Source: an uncultured Acidobacteriota bacterium
GTDB lineage: Bacteria > Acidobacteriota > Blastocatellia > RBC074
Reading direction: 5' to 3'
Length of the DNA: 64,000 nt
Assembly: GCA_963794955.1 (NCBI GenBank)
Contig: CAWCGF010000014.1
Span: 11,201-75,200 of the forward strand
Shown: piece after piece, positions 33,469 to 44,753 of the stretch
Numbering within the stretch: position 1 is the first letter of the stretch
How the letters are laid out: each line of letters starts with the position of its first letter
Program-made: the position numbers and the translations under genes
The notes under the pieces: model-generated
Told to the model about the DNA's origin: nothing
The model's input: only the letters and a program-made list of their open reading frames with translations
Database searches by the model: none

Positions 33469-34432
33469 ATGAGAATCATTCGTTGGGGCTTAATCGGTTG
33501 TGGAGACATTGCCCGAAAACGTGTCGCGCCCGCCTTGCGCGACTTACCCAATGTGGAGTTTGTCGCCGTCAATCGCGCGCAGGCTGAACTTGCCGAGACG
33601 TTCGCCCAACAATTTGGCGCACGCAGGTGGTATGCACATTGGCAGGAGTTATTAGCCGATCCTGAAATCGAAGCCGTTTATATCGCGACGCCCGTGCATT
33701 TGCACGCCGAGCAAACTATTGCTGCCGCCGAAGCGGGCAAACACGTGCTATGCGAAAAGCCGATGGCGCTGAACGTCGAGGAATGTGATCGGCATGCTAG
33801 CGGCTTGCCAGGCGAACGGTGTCAAGCTGGGTATCGCCTACTATCGCCACTTCTACCCGGTCATCGCGCGGATCAAAGAACTGCTGGCGAAGGGGGAAAT
33901 CGGGCAGCCCGTGCTCGCCCAAATCAACGCGTTTGAGTGGAACGATATGCAACCGGACGATCCGCGCTACTGGTTCTTGACTCGAACAAAATCGGGGGGC
34001 GGGCCAATGATGGATTTCGGCTGCCATCGCATTGAAGTGTTGCTGAACCTGTTTGGCCCCATCAATCGGGTGCAGGCTTATACGGACGCCTTAGTGTTTG
34101 AGCGGGAAGTCGAAGATACGAGCGCGGCGTTTTTCAAATTCGAGGCCGGACTGCGCGCCACCTTGACCGTGACGCATGCCGCGTTTGAGAGCCAGGACAC
34201 GTTGGACATTTTCGGGTCGCAAGGTTCGCTACATGTGCCGGTTTTGAATCGCGGAGATTTACTGATCAAGACGGCCCAGGGCGAACGCCACGAAGCGCAC
34301 CCGCCCCATGATAATATCCAGTTGCCTTCCATTGAGGATTTCACGCAAGCCTTACTGGAAAATCGTGAGCCACGTGTGACAGGGGAAATCGGACGTGCTG
34401 TTGCGCATATCGAGGAACAGATTTATCTGTAG
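33469..34432 (+). CDS. Gfo/Idh/MocA oxidoreductase, frameshifted near 33792
   Basis: GLIGCGDIA, HVLCEKPMA in the first frame; GGGPMMDFGCH in the second. Confidence 0.85.
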
Positions 34433-34454
34433 AGATTATTTCTTGCAAGCTCTA

Positions 34455-35522
34455 TTAGGGTTTGACAGAGGGCGCTTGTGCGGCCTTTTTCACTTTCTCA
34501 AGCATCGTTTGCACTTGTGGGGCATCGGACGCAGCGGGAGCCGCTTGCAGATAGGCTTCCAGCGCGGCAATCGCCCTGGGATAATCCCGCCGCCGAACAT
34601 GCAAATTGAAGAGAAATTTATGCGCATACACCATCTGTGCGCCGCCTAGTGCGAGGGCTTTGTGGAAGGCCTTGTCCGCTCGCTCCAGGTCACTTTCTGT
34701 GGGTGGTGTTTTTTCTAATAAGGCCACGCCCAAATTCAAATGTGCCATCGGGAAACTTTCGTCCAAATTGATGGCCGCGTCCAGATGTTCAATCGCCTCC
34801 GGGTATCGTTTTTGATTGACCAGCAGCATGCCCAACCCGATATGTGCCAGCGGATATTTCGGGCTGACTTGCAAGGCGTGCTGAAACGTCGCTTCGGCCT
34901 CTGTCGCTTTTTGCTGCGCCATCTGCGATTCAGCGAGTTTATTGAGCGCAGGCAAGTAGTCGGGGAATACTTTCAGCGCGTCTTGAAAAAGCGCGACGGC
35001 TTCGTCTTGCTTTCCTTCCTTCAGCTTCTTCAGCCCTTGCTCATAACTCTTCCTGGCTGCTTTGGGCACCTCCTGCGAGAACTCTGCCGCCGACACCATC
35101 TTTTGCGATGAAGTTCGCTCGTTACTTTCTTTGAGGCGCAAATACACTTGCACCGAGAAGGTGCGCGAAACCGTGCCGGAAATCTCCAGGTTTTCTTGCG
35201 AGGTTTCATAGGTATGCCCATCGCTCGGCACTACCAGGCGATAGTTATTGTTGGGCAAGGAACGAAATTCAAAATTCCCAACTGAATCCGAGAAAGCCTC
35301 GCCAAAAATTCCCCCGCTTGCGACCTCCAACACAACGCGCAGCCGTAGTTCCGGCAAGCGTCCTGAAGGCAGAAAAATTTTGCCACGAATGACGTGGTTG
35401 CCACGTGTGGTGCTGCCACTCGTCCCCTGACCGGGCGGTGTGCTTTGCCCGAAAGCCGCGACACAGAGCAAACAGAGAATCATCCAAATTCTCATGAGAG
35501 ACGGAAACAGCGGTTGGTGCAT
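34455..35522 (-). CDS. Secreted TPR protein with N-terminal carboxypeptidase-regulatory-like domain
   Basis: Signal peptide, DSVGNFEF beta domain, VPKAARKSY, several TPR motifs. Confidence 0.8.
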   Translation of the reverse strand: MHQPLFPSLMRIWMILCLLCVAAFGQSTPPGQGTSGSTTRGNHVIRGKIFLPSGRLPELRLRVVLEVASGGIFGEAFSDSVGNFEFRSLPNNNYRLVVPSDGHTYETSQENLEISGTVSRTFSVQVYLRLKESNERTSSQKMVSAAEFSQEVPKAARKSYEQGLKKLKEGKQDEAVALFQDALKVFPDYLPALNKLAESQMAQQKATEAEATFQHALQVSPKYPLAHIGLGMLLVNQKRYPEAIEHLDAAINLDESFPMAHLNLGVALLEKTPPTESDLERADKAFHKALALGGAQMVYAHKFLFNLHVRRRDYPRAIAALEAYLQAAPAASDAPQVQTMLEKVKKAAQAPSVKP

Positions 35523-35627
35523 AATCACCTCCTGTAGAAAGCCTGATGGTAGAGAATCATGAAAGGGCAACTGACCGTGGAGAGAGTAACAGAGTTACAT
35601 TGAATAATGAACTCCTGGGACTGAAAG

Positions 35628-35700
35628 CGAGAAGGGGAGATAGGGAGTGAGGGAGCAACAGCCTCTTGCGTTCCCCACCTCCCCTTCTCCCCTTCTCCCA
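35628..35700. repeat. Inverted degenerate octamer array (GAGAAGGG / CTCCCCTT)
   Basis: gagaaggg gagatagg gagtgagg gag ... ttccccac ctcccctt ctcccctt ctccc. Confidence 0.75.
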
Positions 35701-35707
35701 AACAAGA

Positions 35708-36721
35708 CTACCGTCCCAAAAACAAATCGCGCCCTTGCACGAGTGCCGCAATTTTCCGATCCGCAATTGAACGTTTGTTCATCCAAAACCCACAGTCAGG
35801 ATGCACCCACTGAATCCGTTCGGCACCGATGATTTGCACGGCTTGTTCGATGCGTGCGGCGACGAGTTCCGGCGTCTCGACCGTGTTGACTTTGATGTCA
35901 ATGACGCCCAGCCCCAGCCCAATGCGCGGCTCAAGGTCTTCTTTGAAATACTGTAATTCGTCATAGCCACGAAACGCCATTTCCAACACAACGTGATCGC
36001 AATGCAGCGCATTCAGAAAGCCAATCAACTGCCGCCATTCGCCGCGCTGGATAGATTGCCCGCCGTAATTGCCAAAGCACAAATGAACGCCCTTTTCTTT
36101 TGCTTTTGTTGCCGCGTCAAGCACCACATTGATGGCCGCTGCCGCCCATTCGGCGTCGTCCGGGTGCCCAGTAATATTGGCCTCATCAATCTGAATGACT
36201 TCGGGGTCAAGCGCAGCAACCTGCAACGCCAACGCTTGCGCCAACCCCATCGCCAGGTCAGCACGCGAACCATAATGATGATCCATCAGCGTTTTGCAAA
36301 GCATGTGCGGCCCTGTTAGCGTGAACTTCATGGGATGCTGTGTGCAATCCCGCGCGCGCTGATAATCCTGCACCAGGCTCAGCGTGCCCTCGGTGATTAC
36401 GCCTTCGACCACGCCCGCAGGCACGGCGCGAAAGCCCATCCCTGCCAGCTTCCGAAACTCGGCAACATCGCCGCGCGTAATGGCAGTGCGAATGCCGCCC
36501 ATCGGACGAATAAAATATTCGATCATGCCGTTCGTGTCGGGATGATTGACATCCCAGCGATATAACTCGCCATCCACGACGACATCTACGCCAGCAAGTT
36601 CCTGGATTTTGAAAACAACTTTAGTAGCATCAAGCAAGGCTTGCTGGCTCGGCATGGCAATGAGCCATTCAGGGACGGGATAAGAACCGACAACAGTAGT
36701 GCGAATTGAAGGAATACTCAC
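35708..36721 (-). CDS. Cobalamin-independent methionine synthase II family protein
   Basis: TTVVGSYP, QIDEA, HLCFGN, PDCG zinc ligands. Confidence 0.9.
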   Translation of the reverse strand: MSIPSIRTTVVGSYPVPEWLIAMPSQQALLDATKVVFKIQELAGVDVVVDGELYRWDVNHPDTNGMIEYFIRPMGGIRTAITRGDVAEFRKLAGMGFRAVPAGVVEGVITEGTLSLVQDYQRARDCTQHPMKFTLTGPHMLCKTLMDHHYGSRADLAMGLAQALALQVAALDPEVIQIDEANITGHPDDAEWAAAAINVVLDAATKAKEKGVHLCFGNYGGQSIQRGEWRQLIGFLNALHCDHVVLEMAFRGYDELQYFKEDLEPRIGLGLGVIDIKVNTVETPELVAARIEQAVQIIGAERIQWVHPDCGFWMNKRSIADRKIAALVQGRDLFLGR

Positions 36722-36750
36722 GAATTTCTCCTAAGTGAATTGGAATAAAG

Positions 36751-36773
36751 GTACAGCAAACTTTAAAGTTTGC
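36751..36773. repeat. Single REP unit
   Basis: gtacagcaaactttaaagtttgc. Confidence 0.7.
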
Positions 36774-36824
36774 GGCTGATTCGGTTAGCGAATCTTCTCA
36801 TGGATTGCCAAGGGGTGCTGGACA

Positions 36825-37665
36825 TCAAGCCATCACCGCTAACATTCCCAACAGTGGTTGACCATATTCCGGCTGCCCGGTGATTTCAATTTGCGCCCTT
36901 GCCTGCGCGCGGGATAAGCCTTTCGTTAATAACCGCCAAGCCGTATCAGGGGACATTTGTACCTGACAAATTACCGCATCGGCCTCGCCTGTATAGAGTT
37001 GCCAGCGCGCGTTTTCGCGGCGGAGTATCCATCCGCCGCCGGCTTCCCCAGTGACGATCAAGCCGATGCTTGTGCCTTCGTCGGCATTGACCTCTCGATA
37101 GGTGTGCGGCAAGCCGCGCAGAAAGGTGTCCAGCACAGGAAAAAGCCACTTCCGACTAGTCAAAGCAGCTGTGTCTAGGGCATCACGGATTTGTTGTTGA
37201 TGATGCCATTTCTCCGTATATTCGCGCGCGATGTCAAACCAGTTGGCCGAAGTCTCTTCGCCTGCCCACGCGACGCCAAATAGTGCGGGTGCGAAGGGAT
37301 CAAGCGACGCGAACAACTTACACACCTGCGTGCCCGTGAGTTCGTGCAATTGAATCAGCATCTGCGGGCTGATGCGCTGTGCGGCCTTAACCCACACGGC
37401 ATTCAGATCATTCAGAAAATCCACAAGATCACGATAGCTTGCAAGCGGCGCATCTGGCGGCACCATCGGCGCATTGTCACGTTGAAACGAAAGCCGCCGC
37501 AGATCGCTGTCGAGCAAATGAGCAACAATGTCCCGCACTTTCCATGCACCTGCTGCGGTGGACTTGTACCAGTCATCGGGCGCAAGATTTTTGAGCAACG
37601 CGATGAGTTCAGGTGTGAAGTTCGGCGTAAACGTCGGTGACGAAAATTGGTTCGACAGGTTTCAT
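36825..37665 (-). CDS. Maleylpyruvate isomerase N-terminal / DinB-like protein, frameshifted near 37613
   Basis: WKVRDIVAHL, EKWHHQQQIR; MKPVEPIF start lies in another frame. Confidence 0.8.
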
Positions 37666-37794
37666 AGGCCAAGTCCTCTAGATTATTGCAGCGTAAAGTT
37701 GACGAAGAGGATAATCCTCAATACTGAGATGAGCCAGCGAGTCTGGGATTGCTGATGATTGTGCCAGACAAAAACTCCTTTCTGAAAGCATCTC

Positions 37795-39475
37795 TCACCA
37801 GCCAATCGCGCAGCCATCTTTGCGCACGTCCGAACCGCCTGCTAAGGCGCCGCTCACTGGGTCGAGCATGATCGCCTGATAGCCGCCGAAACTACCCGGC
37901 GCGGCAACAAGCTTGTGGCCTTTGCTTTCCAACGCTTTTCGCACGTCTGCGCCAATCGCAGATTCCAGCGCAAGGCCATTTTCAAAATGCCGGAAGCGTG
38001 GTTGCTCGCCCGCTTGTTGCACATCCATGCCGAAATCGATCATGTTCAGCAACACTTGCACGTGGCCTTGCGCCTGCATATCGCCGCCCATCACGCCGAA
38101 CGTAAGCCAGGGCTTATCGTCTTTGAAAACCATGCCAGGAATGAGCGTATGAAAGGGACGCTTGCCACCTTCGAGCTTGTTGGCATTGGTGGGATCAAAC
38201 GAAAAGCCTGCGCCACGATTGTGCAGCACGATGCCCGTATCGCCCGCGACCAGGCCGGAGCCAAAGGCACTAAAGATGCTTTGAATGAAGGATACGCAGT
38301 TACGGTCTTTGTCTACGACGGTCAGGTATACAGTGTCTTCACCACCGTTTGGGCCATTCGCTGTTGGCTCTTGGGCTTGGGAGTTGTTGATGCGTTTGCG
38401 TAATCGTGCAGCGTAATCCTTTGAGAGCAATTGGTCGAGCGGCGCTTGATAAAATGCCGGATCAGCGATGTGTTTGGCGCGATCCACAAAGGCGAGTTTC
38501 TTGGCTTCGACGAGCAGGTGGAGATATTCCGCCGTGTTGTGGCCGAGCGATTTCACATCATAGCCTTCGAGGATATTGAGCATTTGCAACGCCGCCAGGC
38601 CTTGATTGTTTGGTGGCAGTTCATAGACTTTGTAGCCGCGATACGTGGTGCTGATCGGTTCAACCCAGGTGGATTTGTGATCGGCGAAATCCTGCATCGT
38701 ATGCAGACCGCCTTGTGCTTGGGCAAACTTCACGATCTTGTTAGCGAGTTCGCCTTTGTACATCACATCGCGTCCGCCTTTGGCAATTAACTTGAGCGAG
38801 TTGGCGAGGCTTTTGTTCGTGAAAATTTCGCCTGCGGCCAGCGGTTTGCCGTTCGGCAAAAACGTCGCGGCGAAATCGCTGTTGCCTTTGTGCTGCACGC
38901 CTTCGCGCCAATCTGTGGCGATGATTTCGCGTGACGGGGAAGCCGCGTTCGGCGTATTCAATTGCCGGTTGCAGCACGTTTGCGAGCGTCATTGTGCCGT
39001 GACTTTTCAGCAGCGTCGCCCAGCCGTCTACTGCGCCTGGCACGGTGACGGTGTGAATGCCATATTCGGGTTTTGTCGTGATGCCGCGTTTTTTCAGTTC
39101 GTCAAGGCTCAAGGCTTTCGGCGCGCGTCCGCTGGCGTTCAGAGCTTTTAATTCCTTCTTCTTCGCGTCCCATATCATCGCAAACAAATCGCCGCCGGGA
39201 CTGACCATCATCGGTTCGACGACGCACAGCACAGCCGCCGCCGCAATCGCCGCGTCAATTGCGTTGCCGCCCTGTTGCAGCACACGCAGCCCCGCGGCAG
39301 AGGCTAACGGTTGACTGGTCGCCACCATCCCGTTCATTGCGCGCACGACAGAACGCGTGCCGCCGCGTCGGGCATTAAGGCGGTCGCCAACAGCATTTTG
39401 TGATTCAGTGGGTTGGGGCAAAGTGAGCATAAGCATAGAGGCAATCAGGCAATTGGATAGAATTTTGTTGACCAT
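37795..39475 (-). CDS. ggt: Gamma-glutamyltransferase, frameshifted near 38930
   Basis: GGNAIDAA, VPGAVDG, nucleophile ED|TVYL, RPFHTLIP, GVMGG. Confidence 0.9.
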
Positions 39476-39486
39476 AAGATTCCGTT

Positions 39487-39576
39487 AAATGTAGAGCAAA
39501 CTTTCTAGTTTGCTCTGGTCGTCACGAAGGAGCAATGGGGGAAACCTGAGCAAACTAGAAAGTTTGCTCTACATTT
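39487..39576. repeat. REPIN with perfect 29-bp arms
   Basis: aaatgtagagcaaactttctagtttgctc / gagcaaactagaaagtttgctctacattt. Confidence 0.9.
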
Positions 39577-39628
39577 TCAAGTGAGTAATTTCGTCAGGCC
39601 GGATGATAGCGGCTGACCAGCCGAACGT

Positions 39629-40804
39629 CTAGTCGGCGAGGAGACGAGGCACAACCGGCTCGAAGCGGCCTCCTTGCAATAAGCGATACCGTTCATTGCG
39701 CCAAATCACTTCCCTCCCGATTAAGCCACCAATCCACGAGGCTGCGCTGACCAAATCCTGAAGCGGAATCAACCAACTATTCCGTATTGCATTCGCATCA
39801 CGCATCAATTTGCACCCTAATTCATACGCCAGCCAGAACCGCACCGCAGCAACGACCAACAACAGCAACGCGCTCCACCAACTCCACCCTCCCAAAGCCA
39901 ACACTACCGCCCATGCCAGCCCATAAGTGAAGCCTTGTCCCAAGTATCCTGAGGGACGAGAAAACCGCGAACTGCGATTCCAGCGCACGCGATGCTTGAA
40001 GCTTTTCAGGAACCCCATCGCGGTTGCGTGATGATTGATGATGTGGGTCGAGAGTACAACTTGCTGCCCCGCTTCGGCTGTCCATTGCCCCAGCACAAAA
40101 TCATCCGCCAGATAATCTGCCATCCGGGTGAAGCCCCCGATGGCGCGCAAGGTTCCGGCGCGAATGGCCATTGAAGGGCCAAGCGTGAAATGCATACCTT
40201 CCAATCGTTCCGCCACGACGACGCCTGCCATAAATTCGGTGCTCATGCCCAACGCCTCCAGCTTTGACCAGAGATCAGCCCCTGGCACGCCCCGATATAA
40301 ATTCGTTACGGCTCCGACTTCCGGCGCAGCAAAGCAGCACGCTATATCCTGCAAATAGTCGGGCGCAACCGAAGCATCGCTGTCAGTGATCACCAGAATT
40401 GAATGGTGCGCCGCCTCCGCCATTTTTTCCATGCTGTACACTTTCGCATTGGCATAGGGCGGCTCGCCCGTCAGCAGGACGGTAGCGGGGATGTTGGAGT
40501 AGCGCTGCATCAACCGACGAGCAACAGCGACGGCTGGATCATGCTCGTGCCGTACGGCAAACAAAATCTCAAAGGTAGGATAGTCCTGACGAAAGAAGCT
40601 ATCCAGATGGCTTTCCAAATCAGGGTCAGCGCCACAAAGTGGTTTGAGCAGACTGATCGGCGGAAATGCAGGCGGACATTTCGGCGCAGCTTTTTGGCGT
40701 AGCTTGCGCACGGAGGCAATCGCCAGGAGGTAATAGGCCAATCCGCCGAGTGTGCCAATCGCAAAAATACCGAGTATCAGGTGATAAAGAATCGTCCAAC
40801 CCAT
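39629..40804 (-). CDS. hpnI: HpnI-like hopanoid glycosyltransferase (ceramide glucosyltransferase-like)
   Basis: [26 protein letters not shown] motif, WRNERY. Confidence 0.8.
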   Translation of the reverse strand: MGWTILYHLILGIFAIGTLGGLAYYLLAIASVRKLRQKAAPKCPPAFPPISLLKPLCGADPDLESHLDSFFRQDYPTFEILFAVRHEHDPAVAVARRLMQRYSNIPATVLLTGEPPYANAKVYSMEKMAEAAHHSILVITDSDASVAPDYLQDIACCFAAPEVGAVTNLYRGVPGADLWSKLEALGMSTEFMAGVVVAERLEGMHFTLGPSMAIRAGTLRAIGGFTRMADYLADDFVLGQWTAEAGQQVVLSTHIINHHATAMGFLKSFKHRVRWNRSSRFSRPSGYLGQGFTYGLAWAVVLALGGWSWWSALLLLVVAAVRFWLAYELGCKLMRDANAIRNSWLIPLQDLVSAASWIGGLIGREVIWRNERYRLLQGGRFEPVVPRLLAD

Positions 40805-40922
40805 TGTTAGAGCTTGCTCCTTTGGCGCGACAACATATCATTTTCATCAGCCAAAATGCCACTTGCGACTGGAGGCAGTATTCAATTGATGGAAGAAGTG
40901 ATAAGAAGTGATTACACCTTCC

Positions 40923-41006
40923 CATTTGTCCTTTGTCCTTTGTCCATGTGATGGCAGTGGCTTGAGCAATGGCAAAGGACAAAGGACAAATGAGAAATGA
41001 CATTTG
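40923..41006. repeat. Inverted heptamer array (CTTTGTC / GACAAAG)
   Basis: catttgt cctttgt cctttgt cc ... ggcaaag gacaaag gacaaat gagaaat gac. Confidence 0.85.
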
Positions 41007-41019
41007 CCGCTGAGTTTAT

Positions 41020-41790
41020 ATGCAAACCGAAGATTACGAATACCTCTATGAACTGGAAGCGCATTTCTGGTGGTTCGCAGGCATGCGCGAGATCACCGCA
41101 GCATTGCTTGATCCCCTGCTGGCGACAAAACATGACCGCATAATTTTAGACGCGGGTTGTGGCACGGGCGGCAATTTGGAGTGGCTACAGAAGTATGTCG
41201 GCAACGGGCGCATCATCGGCTTAGATTATGTAGACACGGCGTTGCACTTTTGTCGGCAAGCGGGCCAAGACTATTTGGTGCAAGCGTCAGCAACCCATCT
41301 GCCGTTTGCCGATGAAGTGTTTGACCTGGTCACGAGTTTTGATGTGCTCGTACAACTTCCTGGTGACGGCGCAGATGAACAAGCCATCCGCGAAATGTAT
41401 CGTGTGCTCAAACCGGGCGGCCACGCCTTTGCGCGCGCGGCGACCTACGCGTGGATGAAGAGTGATCACGACGCAGCACTGGGGTCGCAGCGGCGTTATA
41501 CGCTCGGCGAGTTGCGCGGGAAATTGGAACGAGCGGGATTCAAAATCAAACGAGCGACTTATGCCAACAGCGTGTTGTTGCCCGTAGCAGTGGTGCGGCG
41601 ACTGTTGCTGAAACGGCTAGGATTAGCCGCCAGCGGATCAGATGTGAAGCCGTTGCCGCCGCAGTTGCAATGGTTGAATGATGCGTTGGAATTCGTGTTG
41701 CGCGTTGAGGCGAGTTGGCTGCGAAGCGCGTCGCATCGCTTGCCGTGTGGTCTCTCGGCGATTTGTGTGGTGGAAAAACCGCGCTGTTGA
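41020..41790 (+). CDS. Class I SAM-dependent methyltransferase
   Basis: HFWWF, ILDAGCGTG, RVLKPGG. Confidence 0.9.
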   Translation: MQTEDYEYLYELEAHFWWFAGMREITAALLDPLLATKHDRIILDAGCGTGGNLEWLQKYVGNGRIIGLDYVDTALHFCRQAGQDYLVQASATHLPFADEVFDLVTSFDVLVQLPGDGADEQAIREMYRVLKPGGHAFARAATYAWMKSDHDAALGSQRRYTLGELRGKLERAGFKIKRATYANSVLLPVAVVRRLLLKRLGLAASGSDVKPLPPQLQWLNDALEFVLRVEASWLRSASHRLPCGLSAICVVEKPRC

Positions 41791-41799
41791 TAGAGCGCT

Positions 41800-42900
41800 T
41801 TAAAATTCCTGCTTGAGCGTGGCAATCACAAAAGAAACTTCTTCATCGGTAAGCTGCGGATTCAGGGGGAGAGAGAAAATCCTTCCTATGACTCCCTCAG
41901 CGACGGGCAAAGCCTGCTGTTCATGGCGACGAAAGAGCGGTTGCTGATGCAATAAGTACGGATAATGAATCAACGTTTCGATCCCACCAGCACGCAACTT
42001 TTCGCATTTGGTTTCGCGCGCAGAATGCTGTACGACAAAGAGATGGCAGGCGTGTGCCGCAGTAATGACTGGCAACACGAAGTCGGCCTCCTGCAATTCG
42101 TTCAAATACCTGGCAGCGATGGCTCGCCGTCGCGCGGTCCAGCGCTCCAAATGCCGCAGCTTGACGCGTAGAATCGCCGCCTGCATTTCATCCAGCCGTG
42201 AATTGCGTCCGGCAATCTCGCTTTGCAATGCCGCGAGGTGACCGCCCTGCCGCAAGGTCTTCACGCGCGCAATCAACGCCTCATCATTGGAAACAATAGC
42301 GCCGCCATCGCCGCACGCGCCTAAATTCTTGGTTGGATAGAAACTGAATGCTGCGGCGTGGCCGAAGCTGCCTGCGCGTAGGCCATCGAGTGTTGCGCCG
42401 TGCGCCTGGGCAGCGTCTTCGATAACAAGCAGACCGTAGCGGTTGGCAAGGTTGTTGATTTCGCCCATTGCCGCCACACATCCGTACAGATGCACGGGCA
42501 CAATCGCGCGCGTGCGTGGTGTGATGGCCTTTTCGAGAGCAGTTGGATCAAGCGTGTAGGTGCGCGGATCAATGTCAGCGAAGACAGGAACGCCGCCCGC
42601 ATTGCGAATCGCCAACGCCGTGTAGGCAGCGGTTAATGGCGTGGTGATGACTTCGTCTGCCCGTCCTGCGCGCACGGCACCAGCGGCGACCAGCGCCAGC
42701 GTTAACGCGTCGGTGCCATTTGCCACGCCTGCCGCCGCGCGGACACCGCAATAATGCGCCCACTCCGTTTCAAACGCAGCGACCTCGCGGCCCAGAATGT
42801 AGACGCCGCCATCCAGTACCTGCGTCACTGCCGCTTTGATTTCCGCGTCAATTTCTTGCTGTTGCCGCAAGAGGTCGAGAAAGGAAATCTGCATTGCCAT
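41800..42900 (-). CDS. DegT/DnrJ/EryC1/StrS sugar aminotransferase
   Basis: VANGTDAL, EDAAQAHG, SFYPTKNLGA, NSRLDE. Confidence 0.95.
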   Translation of the reverse strand: MAMQISFLDLLRQQQEIDAEIKAAVTQVLDGGVYILGREVAAFETEWAHYCGVRAAAGVANGTDALTLALVAAGAVRAGRADEVITTPLTAAYTALAIRNAGGVPVFADIDPRTYTLDPTALEKAITPRTRAIVPVHLYGCVAAMGEINNLANRYGLLVIEDAAQAHGATLDGLRAGSFGHAAAFSFYPTKNLGACGDGGAIVSNDEALIARVKTLRQGGHLAALQSEIAGRNSRLDEMQAAILRVKLRHLERWTARRRAIAARYLNELQEADFVLPVITAAHACHLFVVQHSARETKCEKLRAGGIETLIHYPYLLHQQPLFRRHEQQALPVAEGVIGRIFSLPLNPQLTDEEVSFVIATLKQEF

Positions 42901-43897
42901 ACCAGTAATGCTCCCGATGCTGCCGATAGAATTCAATGGTGCGCGCCAGGCCAACGTTCAGCGGTGTGCGCGGTTGCCAGCCCAGTGCGGTTTCGAATTT
43001 CCGATAGCTGGAATAGACGTTGCCGATGTCAATGATCTGGCGTTCGGGCGGAAATGGAACGGGCTGCACCGAACCGCAACCGGTTTGGGCGATCAACTCG
43101 GCGGCCAACTCCGCCAGACTAATTGGTTCATCGCCGCCGAGGTTATAAATCTCGCCTTCTGCGGCTTCGCTCGCGCCCGCGAGCAACAGCGCATCAATGA
43201 CATCTTCGACGTAGTTCAAATCACGGCGTTGGCGGCCTTCGCCAAAGAGTTCAATCACTTCCCCGTCCAGCGCCTTACGAATAAACCACGCGATAAAGCT
43301 TTGCCGATTATGTGCGAGAAGCTGGCGCGGCCCATAAACATTGGTTAGGCGCAGGATGACCGAACGTAATCCATAAATCCGGTGATAGAGCAGGTGATAA
43401 TTTTCCGCTGCCAGTTCGTGAATGCCGTTGATGTCGGGCGGCGCAACGCGATGCTGTTCGTCTACTGGCAAATAGACTGGTTTGCCGTACACCTGCCGCG
43501 TGCTGGTGAAGACGATTTTGACGTGCGGATTGAAGTGGCGGCAGGCTTCGAGCAGCGTCAGTTGCGCGGCACAGTTCAGTTCCAAATCGTGGCGCGGATG
43601 CAGCATCGAATCAATGTGGCTGGTGCTGCCTGCCAAATTGAAGATGTAATCCACACCACTGACCAAGTGATAAATCGTCGCTTCGTTGCCGATGCTGGAA
43701 ATGTGAACTTTGACGCGGTCGGCAATGCCGTCGAGGTTGAATGAATTGCCGCCTTGATCGGGCAGCATGGCATCCACCACTGCGACTTCAACATCGCCGA
43801 GTTCGACCAGACGGCGCGCCAGATTGCTGCCGATAAAGCCTAACCCGCCGGTAATCAGAACCGAACGGCCTCTGTATTCATTGAATCGGTGGGACAT
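42848..43897 (-). CDS. NAD-dependent epimerase/dehydratase
   Basis: TGGLGFIGS, STRQVYG, RLTNVYGPR. Confidence 0.92.
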   Translation of the reverse strand: MSHRFNEYRGRSVLITGGLGFIGSNLARRLVELGDVEVAVVDAMLPDQGGNSFNLDGIADRVKVHISSIGNEATIYHLVSGVDYIFNLAGSTSHIDSMLHPRHDLELNCAAQLTLLEACRHFNPHVKIVFTSTRQVYGKPVYLPVDEQHRVAPPDINGIHELAAENYHLLYHRIYGLRSVILRLTNVYGPRQLLAHNRQSFIAWFIRKALDGEVIELFGEGRQRRDLNYVEDVIDALLLAGASEAAEGEIYNLGGDEPISLAELAAELIAQTGCGSVQPVPFPPERQIIDIGNVYSSYRKFETALGWQPRTPLNVGLARTIEFYRQHREHYWYGNADFLSRPLAATARN

Positions 43898-43973
43898 AGT
43901 TTTATATTGATACCAGTTCAGGCAAATTTATTTGCTTGGCCAGGCAGCGAATGAATTCGCTACTACGTGTTGC

Positions 43974-44753
43974 TTATGCTTCTCGTTCTGTCGCAAGCGG
44001 TTTGCGACTGGCAACAGTACCCAAGGCCACGCGCGGCCACACCACCAACTTCAGCCAAAGCGAGAAGAAATCGTAGGCGGTGCGCGCCACGCGCCGCAGC
44101 GTGAAAAATTGCGACCGTCCGTGCAGGCGCGGGTAATGATGAACAGGTGTTTCGGTGAAGCGGTAACCAGCGGCGTGCAACTTATAAATCATTTCAGTGC
44201 AGATGCTGCCTCGATTCGAAACCAGGTCAATGCTTTGGAGCGCACTGCGCCGCAGCAGCCGGAAATCGCAATCCACATCGCGGATCGGCAGACCGTACAA
44301 CGTCCGCGCAAGCCGCTTGTAGATACCACCGAGGACGATGCGCAGTTGCGTGTCCGCCCGTTTCAACTTAAAGCCATTGACGACATCCACTTCATCACTG
44401 AGCAAGGGGAGTAACGTCGCCAACTCGTTCACGTCGTACTGCCCATCGCCATCGGTGTAAAAGACCAGGTCTTTCGTTGCATGCAAAAAACCTGTGCGTA
44501 AGGCACCTCCGTACCCGCGATTGCGCGGATGATGAATCACCCGCAGGTTTGGTTCGGTACGCGCCAAGTCGTCCAACACCGCAGCCGTGCCATCGCGGCT
44601 GCCATCATTGACCACTATCACTTCGTAATCTTCGGTATAGCGCGGGAGCAGAGCGAGAGCTTTTTCGACCAGTATCCCAATTGAGGCTTCGTCATTGTAA
44701 GCAGGAAAGAAGACAGAAATACTGGGCTTGAGTTCGGCAGATGATTTATTCAT
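43974..44753 (-). CDS. GT2 glycosyltransferase (polyprenol-phosphate type)
   Basis: FFPAYND, VNDGSRD, NRGYG, TDGDGQY. Confidence 0.92.
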   Translation of the reverse strand: MNKSSAELKPSISVFFPAYNDEASIGILVEKALALLPRYTEDYEVIVVNDGSRDGTAAVLDDLARTEPNLRVIHHPRNRGYGGALRTGFLHATKDLVFYTDGDGQYDVNELATLLPLLSDEVDVVNGFKLKRADTQLRIVLGGIYKRLARTLYGLPIRDVDCDFRLLRRSALQSIDLVSNRGSICTEMIYKLHAAGYRFTETPVHHYPRLHGRSQFFTLRRVARTAYDFFSLWLKLVVWPRVALGTVASRKPLATEREA

